Of a stretch of 64,000 nucleotides of DNA, positions 8,977-18,402 are shown one piece after another. The notes beneath the pieces were generated by a model. It had not been told where the DNA came from. It worked only from the letters and a program-made list of their open reading frames with translations, and made no database searches. The first letter of the stretch is position 1; the number at the start of each line of letters is the position of its first letter. This DNA comes from Klebsiella pneumoniae (GTDB lineage Bacteria; Verrucomicrobiota; Verrucomicrobiia; Limisphaerales; SXTU01). The stretch covers positions 6,397 to 70,396 of the forward strand of contig CALQJI020000012.1 of the NCBI GenBank assembly GCA_943330855.2, in the 5' to 3' direction. The position numbers and the translations under genes are program-made.

Positions 8977-10989
8977 TCAGGCGGCGCTGGTGCCGAGCTC
9001 CTCGTTGGTGATGGCGTTGAGGATTTTGTATTGCTCGGCGTGGAACGCGGGGTCGGCGCGGAAGGTGAGCTTGCCGAAGAATTTTTTCTCCATCTCGATG
9101 AGGATTTTCTCGTCCTCCTTGCGCAGACGGTCCAACACGGTGGAGTGGGAGACGATGCGGAGCTGGAAGTCGCTCTCGTCGCGCGGGCGTTTCTTGAGGA
9201 TTTCCTGGAGCTTGCGCTGGATTTCCACGCTCATGGTCAGGGCGCTCTTCACCTTGCCTCGGCCTTTGCAGTAGGCGCAGTCCTCGTAGACGGTGGCGCG
9301 GATGCTCTCGGTGTGGCGCTGGCGGGTCATCTCCATGAGGCCGAGCTGGGAGATGGGCAGGATGTGGGTCTTGGCTTTGTCGCGGCGCAGGCCGTCTTTG
9401 ACGCGCTGATAGACGGCTTGCTGGTCGCGGCGGTGCCGCATGTCAATGAAGTCCAGGACGATGAGGCCGCCGAGGTTGCGTAGGCGTAGGAGGCGGGCGA
9501 TTTCTTCGGCGGCTTCGAGGTTGACCTTGGTGATGGTCTGCTCTTTGTCGCGGTCCGGCTCTTTGCTCTTGTGGCTGCCGGTGTTGACGTCAATGGCAAC
9601 GAGGGCTTCGGTCTCGTCCACGACGAGGTAACCGCCGCTCTTGAGGGAGACTTGCCGGGAGAAGGTGGCTTCGAGCTGGCGGCTGATGCCGAAGCGGTCG
9701 AAGACGGGTTGGGGCTCGTTGTAGAGCTTCACCTTGCCGATGGAGCGCTTGGAGATCTTGCCAATCATGGCCTGCATGCGCTCGAACTGCTTGCTGTCGT
9801 CAATGACGATGCGCTCCACGTCCTCGGTGAGGAAGTCGCGCACGGTGCGTTCGATGAGGTCGGGCTCCTGGAAGACACAGGTGGCGAGGGGCTGGGTCTT
9901 GATGCGCTCCTGGACGGCCTTCCACTCTTCGAGGAGGAAGGCGAGATCGCGGACGAAGTAACGCTCCTGCTGGCCTTCGCCGGCGGTGCGGATGATGACG
10001 CCCATGCCGTCGGGGATGTTGATCTTGCGGACGATTTTCTTGAGGCGCTGGCGTTCCTCGCTTTGCTCGATCTTGCGGGAGATGCCGGACTGGTCGGAGT
10101 TGGGCAAGAGGACGAGGTAGCGGCCGGGCAGGGCGATGTGGGTGGTGACGCGCGGGCCTTTGGTGCCGATAGGGCCTTTGGTGACTTGGATGATGATCTC
10201 GCTGCCCTTGGGGTAGAGCTTGGGGATGTCCTTCTGGGTGACTTTGGGTTTCTCCGGGACCTTCACTGGGGGTGCGTCTTTAGCCGGGGCTTTCTTCTCG
10301 CGTTCGACGATTTCGACGCCGCTGTCGAGGCTGCTGGGGACGATGTCCCAGTAGTGGAGGAAGGCGTTCTTTTCGAAGCCGATGTCGACGAAGGCGGCCT
10401 TCAAGCCGTCTTCGAGGTTGCGAATTTTGCCTTTATAGATGCTGCCCACGAGGCGTTCCTCAGTGGTGCGTTCGATGGTGAACTCTTCGAGGCGTCCGTC
10501 CTCGCTGACGGCCACGCGGGTCTCGAGGGACTCGGAGTTGATGATGACTTCTTTGTGCACCTTCTTCTCCGGCTTCATCAGCTTCTTGACCTTGGTGACG
10601 ACTTTTTGAGCGGCGTGCTTGAGGGTCGCAATGAGGCCTTTGGGGCGTTCCTTGACCTCGACGGGTTTGAAGTCGCCTTCTGGATCGCCCTCGACTTCTT
10701 CGGGGGTTTCGAGGTTCGGCTCACGGTAGTCGTGGCGGCCGGCGGGTTTCTGTATGGGGTGGGTTTCGCCTTCGGCGGGGAGGCCGGCGGCGAGGTTTTC
10801 GGAGCGGCGGATTTCGTGCTCGTGGCGCGCCCGGGAAAAGACGGTGTCGTCACCGCTGATTTGCGGGCCGCCCATGGCGGCGAGGCGGGCCTTGGCGGCC
10901 GCGGCGTCTGGTTTGGCGTTGGGGTTGAGGCCGCCGGTGGGGCGGAAGTGGCGGGTGCCGCCACGGCGGTTGGAGAAACGGTTGCTCAT
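8977..10989 (-). CDS. rng: Rne/Rng-family ribonuclease (RNase G/E-like) with basic N-terminal extension
   Basis: S1-domain region LVGSIYKGKIRNLEDGLKAAFVDIGFEKNAFLH. Catalytic-core region LVAIDVNTGS and LGGLIVLDFIDM. ATG at 10987-10989 (MSNRF). Confidence 0.85.
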   Translation of the reverse strand: MSNRFSNRRGGTRHFRPTGGLNPNAKPDAAAAKARLAAMGGPQISGDDTVFSRARHEHEIRRSENLAAGLPAEGETHPIQKPAGRHDYREPNLETPEEVEGDPEGDFKPVEVKERPKGLIATLKHAAQKVVTKVKKLMKPEKKVHKEVIINSESLETRVAVSEDGRLEEFTIERTTEERLVGSIYKGKIRNLEDGLKAAFVDIGFEKNAFLHYWDIVPSSLDSGVEIVEREKKAPAKDAPPVKVPEKPKVTQKDIPKLYPKGSEIIIQVTKGPIGTKGPRVTTHIALPGRYLVLLPNSDQSGISRKIEQSEERQRLKKIVRKINIPDGMGVIIRTAGEGQQERYFVRDLAFLLEEWKAVQERIKTQPLATCVFQEPDLIERTVRDFLTEDVERIVIDDSKQFERMQAMIGKISKRSIGKVKLYNEPQPVFDRFGISRQLEATFSRQVSLKSGGYLVVDETEALVAIDVNTGSHKSKEPDRDKEQTITKVNLEAAEEIARLLRLRNLGGLIVLDFIDMRHRRDQQAVYQRVKDGLRRDKAKTHILPISQLGLMEMTRQRHTESIRATVYEDCAYCKGRGKVKSALTMSVEIQRKLQEILKKRPRDESDFQLRIVSHSTVLDRLRKEDEKILIEMEKKFFGKLTFRADPAFHAEQYKILNAITNEELGTSAA

Positions 10990-10991
10990 GT

Positions 10992-12212
10992 TTAGTAGGA
11001 CCTGCGATGCAGGTAGATGTTTTGGAGAAGGCCCGCAGCGACCAGCGTGCATATCACTGAAGTCCCGCCGTATGATAACAGCGGCAGTGGCACGCCCGTG
11101 ACGGGCATTAAACGGATGTTCATGCCGATATTGATGAACATGTGGCTGAACAGGAGTGCTACCACCCCCGCCGCCATCATTTTGCCCAGGCGGTCACGCG
11201 CCTGGCCGGCGATTCTGATTCCGGCGAACAGAATCACCGCATAGAGCGAGAGCACGACCATGCTCCCGACGAATCCACTCTCCTCGGCAAGCACGGAGAA
11301 GATGAAGTCGTTGTGTGCCACGGCGCGCGGCAGGTAGCCCAAGACGTTCTGGGTTCCTTGCCGCCAGCCCTTGCCCGTCAGCCCACCGGAGCCGACGGAG
11401 ATGAGCGCTTGTTCGACATTGTAAGAGTCGTTGCGCTCCTGGGTGCGGGCCTTCTGAAGCTCCGCCGCCGTGGCGTTGGGCGGAGCGAAATGTTTGTATT
11501 CCATGCCGAAATAAACGAGCAATCGGCGGCGTTGGTAGTCCTCCAACTTGACGCGCCAGTTCGGCGGCGCGAAGAGCACATCCACGAGGATCAATACGAC
11601 GATGAGCGCCGAGCCGCCGACGAAACGCCGCAGATACTTCGCCGGGATGCCGGCCACATACATCATCACGAAGCCGGTGGGGATGAGCACCAGTGCCGAG
11701 CCGAGGTCCGGTTCCACGAGGATGAGCGCGAAGGGCAGTCCCAGCATCGCCAGCGACTTCCAGAAATTGCCCGTGAGCTTCAACTCGTCCAACGGGCGAG
11801 CGAGGAAATTTCCCAGCGCGAGGATGAAGGCGATTTTTGCAATCTCCGAGGGCTGGAGTTGGAAGATGCCGAGGTCGATCCACCGCCGCGCGCCGAAGCG
11901 CATAGCTCCGATGTGTGGGATGAGCACGAGCACGAGCAGGAGGATGCTCCCCCAGTAGGCGACGTAGGACCAGCGGGCGAGAGTCTGGTAGGGGATGACG
12001 CACATCCCGGCCATCGCCACCGTTCCGAGGATGTAGTAGGCGATTTGTTTGACGTGATACTGCTTGAACCACGGCACGCCGGAGCCGGACTCCGTCGCGT
12101 AACGAGCGCTGTGAATGAAGAGCACACCCAACACCATCAGCCCCAGCAATGCGCAGAGCAGCACCCAGTGAATGCGGGCGGGCTTCTCCGAGAGGTTGGG
12201 GCGGGCGAGCAT
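10992..12212 (-). CDS. rodA: Rod shape-determining protein RodA (SEDS family)
   Basis: A multi-TM protein with the FtsW/RodA/SpoVE motifs FQLQPSEIAKIAF and PLPLLSYGGTS. It lies directly downstream of mrdA. Confidence 0.9.
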   Translation of the reverse strand: MLARPNLSEKPARIHWVLLCALLGLMVLGVLFIHSARYATESGSGVPWFKQYHVKQIAYYILGTVAMAGMCVIPYQTLARWSYVAYWGSILLLVLVLIPHIGAMRFGARRWIDLGIFQLQPSEIAKIAFILALGNFLARPLDELKLTGNFWKSLAMLGLPFALILVEPDLGSALVLIPTGFVMMYVAGIPAKYLRRFVGGSALIVVLILVDVLFAPPNWRVKLEDYQRRRLLVYFGMEYKHFAPPNATAAELQKARTQERNDSYNVEQALISVGSGGLTGKGWRQGTQNVLGYLPRAVAHNDFIFSVLAEESGFVGSMVVLSLYAVILFAGIRIAGQARDRLGKMMAAGVVALLFSHMFINIGMNIRLMPVTGVPLPLLSYGGTSVICTLVAAGLLQNIYLHRRSY

Positions 12213-12327
12213 CAGGCGGCGGAGGCCAAAGAGCGGGGACGGACAAAGAGGGATCGGGACCAGCCAGCGCGCGTTACCCCGAACGGGGCGCTGCGATTCT
12301 CGCTCTCAATTGTCGTTCGCAAGTTCA

Positions 12328-14283
12328 TCAGTTTAAGCCGGCGAGGGCGGCCGGTTTCTGCCCGCTTTCGCGCTCGCGCTTCTGGAGCGCTTCGTAAATT
12401 TTCTTGGCCACGGGGGCACAGGTTTTTCCGCCGGAGGCACCGCTCTCCACCATCACCACGACCGCCCACTTGGGGCGCTCCACCGGCGCGAAGGAGGCGA
12501 ACCACGTGGTCTTGTCTACAACCCTGCCACCGTGTTCGACCTCCGCCGTGCCGGTCTTACCGCCAATTTGTAGGCCGTCCACCTTCGCATCGCGGCCAGT
12601 GCCGCCGACCTCTTCCACATCGGCGAGCATGGCCTCGTGTATCAGCCGGAGGTTCGCCGGCTTCACTCCGAGTTCGTCGCGCAGGCTGGGCGGATACGCG
12701 GTGCCCTGCTCGCCGAACTGCGGGTCGCTCGGCTCGATCCGCAGGACCAGGCGCGGGCTGAAGACCTTCCCGCCATTTGCGATGGCCGCGATCATTACGG
12801 CCATTTGCAGCGGGCTGACGGAGACCTTGCCTTGGCCGATGGCAAGGTTCGCGGTGTCGCCCGGCTGCCAGCGACGCACGAGGTCGGTCTGGTCAGGGAA
12901 TTCACCCGCCGTCTCCTGGCGTGGCAAGAGACCCGTGCGCTCGCCTAGGTGGAATTTCTCGCCGAGCATGATCATCTTTTGGAGCACGCCGGGCTTGAGC
13001 GCGTGGTGGATGAAATAGGAGTTCGAGGAGTGGACCAGCGCCTTTTTGAAGTTGTAGGGGCCGTGCGCGACGGTGTCCTTGATCTTGCGGTTTCCGATGT
13101 GGATGCAGCCCCTGCCTGGACGCTCGGGGTCGGCTTCGACGTTGAAAATCAGCTTGGGATCGAGCGCCTCCATTTCGAGCGCCGCCAGTGCGGTGAGCAT
13201 CTTGAAAATGGAGCCGGGGTGGTAGTTCTCTTGGGTGGCGCGGTTGAGCAGCGGCTTCTGGATGGGATGGTTCAGCACGTTGGTCCAGTGCTCATTCGAG
13301 ATGCGGCCCATGAACTCAGCCGGCTCGAAGGCCGGGGCGGAGGCCAGCGCCAGCACATCGCCCGTCTGCACGTCCAACACCACCGCCGCGCCGCGCGTCT
13401 GCGCGCCAAACATCGGGGTGACCAGCGCGCGCTCGACGGCTTGCTGAAGTTTGAAGTCGAGCGTGAGCACGAGATTGTCGCCCGGCTCGGGCGTGCGCAG
13501 CACCGTCTCGTGCTCGCGGTAGCCCAGGCGGTTCACGGTCATGGACCTGGTCCCCGCGAGGCCCCGGAGCTGCGCGTCGAAGATGCCTTCGATGCCCGTC
13601 ATGCCCTTCCAGTCCGGCAAGCGGTAGTGGTAGAAGGAGTCCTCCTCCTCTTGCGAGCTGTTGTCCGTGTGCAGCATCCCCAGCACATGGGCGGCGAGGG
13701 AGCCGTGCGGGTAAACGCGCAGCGGCTGGATTTCCAGATCCAGGCCGGGGAAGACGCCGGGGCGCTCGGCGAAGCGCGCGACTTGCACCGCAGTAAGGTT
13801 TTGCAGAATGGAAATGGGCAGCGCGCGGACCTCGTTGTAGTGGCGTTGGAATTTCTTCTCGTCAATCACCTGCGGCTGCTGGAGCCAGTCCCCCACCTGC
13901 GTGGTGATGTTACTCACGACATGGTAGCGCGCGGTCCACTCCATCGCCTCGCGCTCGCTGCGGGTGAGGCGCGCGCCGGCGGGCCGGAGCCGCAGGTATT
14001 CCGCGCGGAAGTGTTTGCCCAACTCGGCGAGGTAAAGCTCGATGTTGTAGGTCGGTCGGTTCTCAGCGAAGGGCTGGCCGTTCCGGTCAAGAATCTTCCC
14101 GCGCACCGCCGGTATCCGCACGGAGCGGACGGCCTGATCTTCGAGGCTGTCGGCGAACCTCTTCGAGGAAAACACCTGCACATACCACAGCCCGCCCAGG
14201 AGCACACAGAAGCCCGCTACAAGCACGAGCGTCACCACGCGGAGTTGCGTGTCGGGTTGCTTGATGGGGGCGAATTGGAGCAT
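12328..14283 (-). CDS. mrdA: Penicillin-binding protein 2 (elongasome transpeptidase)
   Basis: All three transpeptidase motifs are present: SxxK (GSIFKM), SxN (HSSNSY) and KTG (GGKTGTAE). The gene sits between mreD and rodA. Confidence 0.9.
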   Translation of the reverse strand: MLQFAPIKQPDTQLRVVTLVLVAGFCVLLGGLWYVQVFSSKRFADSLEDQAVRSVRIPAVRGKILDRNGQPFAENRPTYNIELYLAELGKHFRAEYLRLRPAGARLTRSEREAMEWTARYHVVSNITTQVGDWLQQPQVIDEKKFQRHYNEVRALPISILQNLTAVQVARFAERPGVFPGLDLEIQPLRVYPHGSLAAHVLGMLHTDNSSQEEEDSFYHYRLPDWKGMTGIEGIFDAQLRGLAGTRSMTVNRLGYREHETVLRTPEPGDNLVLTLDFKLQQAVERALVTPMFGAQTRGAAVVLDVQTGDVLALASAPAFEPAEFMGRISNEHWTNVLNHPIQKPLLNRATQENYHPGSIFKMLTALAALEMEALDPKLIFNVEADPERPGRGCIHIGNRKIKDTVAHGPYNFKKALVHSSNSYFIHHALKPGVLQKMIMLGEKFHLGERTGLLPRQETAGEFPDQTDLVRRWQPGDTANLAIGQGKVSVSPLQMAVMIAAIANGGKVFSPRLVLRIEPSDPQFGEQGTAYPPSLRDELGVKPANLRLIHEAMLADVEEVGGTGRDAKVDGLQIGGKTGTAEVEHGGRVVDKTTWFASFAPVERPKWAVVVMVESGASGGKTCAPVAKKIYEALQKRERESGQKPAALAGLN

Positions 14284-14414
14284 CAGGCAGGGGACTGGGA
14301 AGCCACAGATGCACTCCGATGGGCACAGATGCGGAGGTGTGCTCCGTGGCCCGCCAGTTCGTGGCGTTTCTCCGTTTTGAACCTGTGCTTATCTGTGTCC
14401 ATTTGTGGCGAGAA

Positions 14415-14960
14415 TCATGTCCGCTTGATTTGCCGCGTGGCGCGGTAGTGCGATTCCGGGAGCGGCTGGTAGCTGAACCAGCGGTTCAGATGTTTGAAGA
14501 TGCGGAAGATCAGCGGCGTGGCCACCGCTCCGCCCGCCGCCATCACGAACCACTGCGCGGCCAAGCGCGCCGTCAGCGGCACGGGCTGCTGCGTGTTCAT
14601 TAGCGCGAGCACGACCCCCGCGGGCACGAGTGAGCTGGCGAGAAAGCCCATCAGCACTTGCGCATAAACTTGATCGCGCAGGACGAGGTCGCGCTTGAAG
14701 TGGAGCAGGGTCCCAGTGAAGGCCAGCGCGAGGGTCGTGACGCCCAGCGGATTCGCAGAGAAGGAGTCGTGCGCCAACCCGCCGACGATGGCGAGCAACG
14801 CGACGCTCGACAGCGAGGAGGACAACGCGACGTGAACCATGAGCGCGGGCAGCAGGCTGACTTGCGCGCCGAACCAATGCCGGAAGCCGTCGAAGGAAAT
14901 CTCGAAGCCGACCGCGAGCCACGCGGTGAGCAGGATGGAGATGATTTCGAGGCGGCTCAT
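14415..14960 (-). CDS. mreD: Rod shape-determining protein MreD
   Basis: A small polytopic membrane protein. Its ATG at 14958-14960 overlaps the mreC stop (ATGA). The call rests mainly on its conserved position between mreC and mrdA. Confidence 0.65.
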   Translation of the reverse strand: MSRLEIISILLTAWLAVGFEISFDGFRHWFGAQVSLLPALMVHVALSSSLSSVALLAIVGGLAHDSFSANPLGVTTLALAFTGTLLHFKRDLVLRDQVYAQVLMGFLASSLVPAGVVLALMNTQQPVPLTARLAAQWFVMAAGGAVATPLIFRIFKHLNRWFSYQPLPESHYRATRQIKRT

Positions 14961-15793
14961 TGCGCGACGACCCACACGTGGTCGAGGGAGTTGAGGTTCA
15001 CCGCGAGTTTCACGCGCGCCTCTTGGTAGAGGCCGAAGCCGACGTTGCGCACGTCCACGATTTCGCCCACGCGGATGCCGGCCGGGAAGACGCCGCCCAG
15101 GCCGCTGGTGAGGACCGCGTTGCCGGGTTTCAGCTCCAGCCCGCTCGTCACGATGGATTGGCCGGACTTCACCGGGCTGCCGCGGGAGAGATAGGTGAGC
15201 GTCACGATGGCGGGGTCGGTGGCGTAGGGGACGACGACGCCGTTCTCCTTTGTTTCCTCCACCTTCGCGGCGACGCGGCAGTTTTGGTCGCCGAGCAACA
15301 CGACTTGCGAGCGCGTGGCCCCCACGACGGACACACGCCCGACGAGGCCGTCGGGTGTGATGACGGGCATATCCACGCGCACGGCGTCCTTGCTACCCAC
15401 GTCAATGAAGACGGTGCGCCACCAGTTGGCGGGGTCGCGGGCGATGACGCGGGCGGGCTTGAGCTTCCAAGGAGCGCGGGCGGGAAAGCCGACTTGTTTG
15501 CGGAGGCGGTCGTTCTCTCGCACGGCTTCCTGGCTTTGGGCGTGGCTGAATTCCAGCTTTTGCTTCTCCGCGCGGAGTTGCTCGAGCTCACGCACAAGGT
15601 CCTCGCGGGGGACGACGGAATTGCCCGCGCGTCGGGCGGCGCTTTGGGTGGATTCCGCGAATCCGAAGAGCGGGAGGAACAGCCCGGTGAGGGCGAGTTT
15701 TGCGCGTTGGGTCGCGGATTCGGGCAGGCTGAGAAGTATCAGCCCGAGCAGCGCTAGGATTCCGAGCGCGATGTATTGCGGCTTGCGCAGCAT
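14957..15793 (-). CDS. mreC: Rod shape-determining protein MreC
   Basis: N-terminal TM segment, then coiled coil (LRAEKQKLEF), then beta-rich domains (PVITPDGLVGRV). It lies immediately downstream of mreB. Confidence 0.85.
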   Translation of the reverse strand: MLRKPQYIALGILALLGLILLSLPESATQRAKLALTGLFLPLFGFAESTQSAARRAGNSVVPREDLVRELEQLRAEKQKLEFSHAQSQEAVRENDRLRKQVGFPARAPWKLKPARVIARDPANWWRTVFIDVGSKDAVRVDMPVITPDGLVGRVSVVGATRSQVVLLGDQNCRVAAKVEETKENGVVVPYATDPAIVTLTYLSRGSPVKSGQSIVTSGLELKPGNAVLTSGLGGVFPAGIRVGEIVDVRNVGFGLYQEARVKLAVNLNSLDHVWVVAQ

Positions 15794-15818
15794 GGCCCGC
15801 AGGGATGCGGGCGAACGG

Positions 15819-16847
15819 TCAGCTAGTGCTGGAGGTAGCTACGCGCTTGAGGAACGCGAGTTCTTGGAGGACTCGCCCGGTGCCTTCGGCCACGGCGGTC
15901 AGGGGATCATCGGCAATGTGAACCGGCAAGCCGGTTTCCTGCGCGACGAGCCGATCAATGTTCCGCAGCAACGCGCCGCCACCGGCCATGACAATGCCGC
16001 GGTCAATCAAGTCCGCCGACAGTTCAGGGGGGCAACGTTCCAGGGTGATGCGAACTGACTCCAAGATGCTCGATAACGGTTCCTTCAAGGCTTCGCGAAT
16101 CTCTTCTGAGCGGATGGTGATGGTCTTGGGAAGTCCCGCGCTCAAATCGCGGCCCTTGACGTCCATCGTGAGTTCCTGCTCCAGCGGATACGCTGAACCT
16201 ACGCGGATTTTGATTTCCTCCGCGGTCCGTTCGCCAATCATCAAATTGTATGTGCGCTTCATGTGCGCCACGATCGTCTCGTCAAACTCGTCCCCGCCCA
16301 CGCGCAGGCTCCGGCTGAACACGATGCCCGCCAGCGAGATGATCGCGATCTCGCAGGTGCCGCCGCCGATGTCCACGATCATGTTGCCCGCCGGTTCGTG
16401 CACCGGCAGTCCCACGCCGATGGCGGAAGCCATTGGTTGTTCGATCAGATAAACTTCCCGCGCCCCGGCATGGGTGGCGGAGTCCTTCACCGCGCGCCGC
16501 TCCACCTCAGTGATGCCCGACGGCACGGCAACAACCACGCGCGGCGCGATCAACTTGCGGTGGTGAACCTTCTGAATGAAGTGCCGGAGCATCGCCTCCG
16601 TGATCTCGAAGTCGGCGATGACGCCATCCTTCATCGGGCGAATGGCGAGGATGTTACCGGGAGTGCGGCCCAACATCCGCTTGGCCTCCTCACCGACGGC
16701 GAGCACGTTGGTCGTCCCCGCCTGAATGGCGACGACGGACGGTTCCCGCAAAACAATGCCCTGATCGCGCACGTAAACCAAGGAATTGGCAGTTCCGAGG
16801 TCTATCCCGATGTCGTTGGAGAACAGGCTTTTAAGTTGCGAAAACAT
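15819..16847 (-). CDS. mreB: Rod shape-determining actin homologue MreB
   Basis: [13 protein letters not shown]..., [11 protein letters not shown]... and [11 protein letters not shown] are present. I used the ATG at 16845-16847 (MFSQLKSLF). Confidence 0.95.
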   Translation of the reverse strand: MFSQLKSLFSNDIGIDLGTANSLVYVRDQGIVLREPSVVAIQAGTTNVLAVGEEAKRMLGRTPGNILAIRPMKDGVIADFEITEAMLRHFIQKVHHRKLIAPRVVVAVPSGITEVERRAVKDSATHAGAREVYLIEQPMASAIGVGLPVHEPAGNMIVDIGGGTCEIAIISLAGIVFSRSLRVGGDEFDETIVAHMKRTYNLMIGERTAEEIKIRVGSAYPLEQELTMDVKGRDLSAGLPKTITIRSEEIREALKEPLSSILESVRITLERCPPELSADLIDRGIVMAGGGALLRNIDRLVAQETGLPVHIADDPLTAVAEGTGRVLQELAFLKRVATSSTS

Positions 16848-17054
16848 GCAATGCGCGTAACAAGCTCCGAGCCTAAGGGGCTGCGGTAGGGGGAGCAAGT
16901 CTCGTTTTCCACTCATTTAGACGTCGATGGAGTTTTGAGCGGACTCCTCAGCGAGGTGCGGTAACTCCCCATTCCTGCCCGCCTGCTCTCCTTATAGATT
17001 CCCCGCCTTCCTCGACCTGAATCTGCCCCTCGCGTTCCCGTCCATAGCAGCCAC

Positions 17055-18323
17055 ATGAAATTGCTGCCCGCCCTGCTCCTCGCCGCCTGCGCACTCCCTG
17101 CCCTCGCTGAAAATTGGCCCGCCTGGCGCGGTCCGCGCGGCGACGGCACCAGCGCGGAGAAGAACGTGCCTGTGAAATGGAGCGGCACGGAGAACGTGTT
17201 GTGGAAGACACCCCTCGCCGGTGGCCACGCCTCGCCCATCGTCTGGGGCGACCGGCTGTTCACCGTTGGAGCCGTCGCGGAAACCGAGGGGCGCAGCCTC
17301 CTCTGCCTCGACAAAACGAGCGGTAAAGTGCTTTGGGAGCAGACCGTCGTGAAATCGCCGCTGGAGAAGAAGCATCGCGAGAACAGCCACGCATCCAGCA
17401 CGCCCGCCACCGATGGCAAGCTCATCTACGTCGCCTTCCTCGACGTGCAGGAAATGGTCGTCGCCGCCTACGACTTCAGCGGGAAGCAACAGTGGCTCGC
17501 GCGGCCCGGCGCGTTCAAAAGCGTCCACGGCTTTTGCACCTCGCCCGTGCTGCACGGCGACAAAGTCATCGTGAACGGCGACCACGACGGCGACAGCTAC
17601 CTCGCCGCACTCGACAAGCACACCGGCAAAACGCTCTGGAAAGTCCCGCGCGCCAACAAGACCCGCAGCTACTGCGTCCCCCTCATTCGCCAGCTCTCGG
17701 GCCGCACGCAGATGATTCTCTCCGGCGACAAATCCCTCGCCAGCTACGACCCCGACACCGGCAAGCAGCACTGGTATTTCAAAGGCCCCACCGAGCAATA
17801 CGTCGCCTCCCTCGTTTACAGCGAGCGCGCCGATCTGCTCTTCCTGACCGCCGGCTTCCCGCAATACCACTTGCTCGGCCTGCGCCACACGGGCAGTGGA
17901 GACCTCGGCAGCATTTATCACCTGCCTGTGGTGGAACACCCGCAGGTGGCTTGGCATCACAACAAATCCAGCATGGCCGGCTACGTCCCCTCGCCCATCT
18001 GCGAAGGCGACTACTTCCTCGTGACCTCGGACACGGGCATGGCCAACTGCCTCCTCGCCAAGACCGGCGAACTCATGTGGCAACAGAAACTGGGCCGCAG
18101 TCACGCGTCCCTCGTCTCCGCCAACGGCCTCGTTTATTTCATCAATGACGACGGCGTGACCTTCGTGGTGAAGCCGGGCAAAACCTACGAACTAGTCGCA
18201 GAAAACAAACTCGGAGAATTCACCTACGCTTCCCCCGCCATCAACGACGGCAAGCTCTACCTGCGCGGCGACAAACACCTCTTCTGCATCGGCACCGCCG
18301 GTGCGAAGACCGCGCAGCGGTGA
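17055..18323 (+). CDS. Secreted PQQ-like beta-propeller repeat protein
   Basis: A signal peptide (MKLLPALLLAACALPALA) is followed by ENWPAWRGPRGDG and repeated ...ASPIV.GD.lf... blades. Confidence 0.7.
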   Translation: MKLLPALLLAACALPALAENWPAWRGPRGDGTSAEKNVPVKWSGTENVLWKTPLAGGHASPIVWGDRLFTVGAVAETEGRSLLCLDKTSGKVLWEQTVVKSPLEKKHRENSHASSTPATDGKLIYVAFLDVQEMVVAAYDFSGKQQWLARPGAFKSVHGFCTSPVLHGDKVIVNGDHDGDSYLAALDKHTGKTLWKVPRANKTRSYCVPLIRQLSGRTQMILSGDKSLASYDPDTGKQHWYFKGPTEQYVASLVYSERADLLFLTAGFPQYHLLGLRHTGSGDLGSIYHLPVVEHPQVAWHHNKSSMAGYVPSPICEGDYFLVTSDTGMANCLLAKTGELMWQQKLGRSHASLVSANGLVYFINDDGVTFVVKPGKTYELVAENKLGEFTYASPAINDGKLYLRGDKHLFCIGTAGAKTAQR

Positions 18324-18331
18324 CCTCGTCA

Positions 18332-18401
18332 GGGAGCGCGGATGCCCACGTCCGCAGCCGGTTTCAAGAGGTGGGCTGCGGACTTCGACGTCCGCGCTCC
18401 C
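18332..18401. repeat. REP-like palindromic element, copy 1 (likely bidirectional terminator)
   Basis: Arms are GGGAGCGCGGATGCCCACGTCCGCAGCC (18332-18359) and GGCTGCGGACTTCGACGTCCGCGCTCCC (18374-18401). The outer 11 bp and inner 10 bp pair around a 7-nt bubble. It lies between the convergent PQQ and ftsK stops. Confidence 0.6.
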
Positions 18402-18402
18402 G

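Noticed and set aside
9571-10995. A 474-aa plus-strand ORF antisense to rng. Similar long antisense ORFs occur at 11142-12761, 12949-14448, 16992-18104, 18301-20148, 23415-25904, 29138-30676, 31406-32710, 44927-46546, 47530-48900, 55233-56627, 57267-58814 and 62056-63918.
   Set aside because: Each lies opposite a gene with unmistakable conserved motifs. Each encodes Gly/Ala/Asp/Glu/Arg-rich sequence without recognisable domains. These are high-GC frame artefacts.
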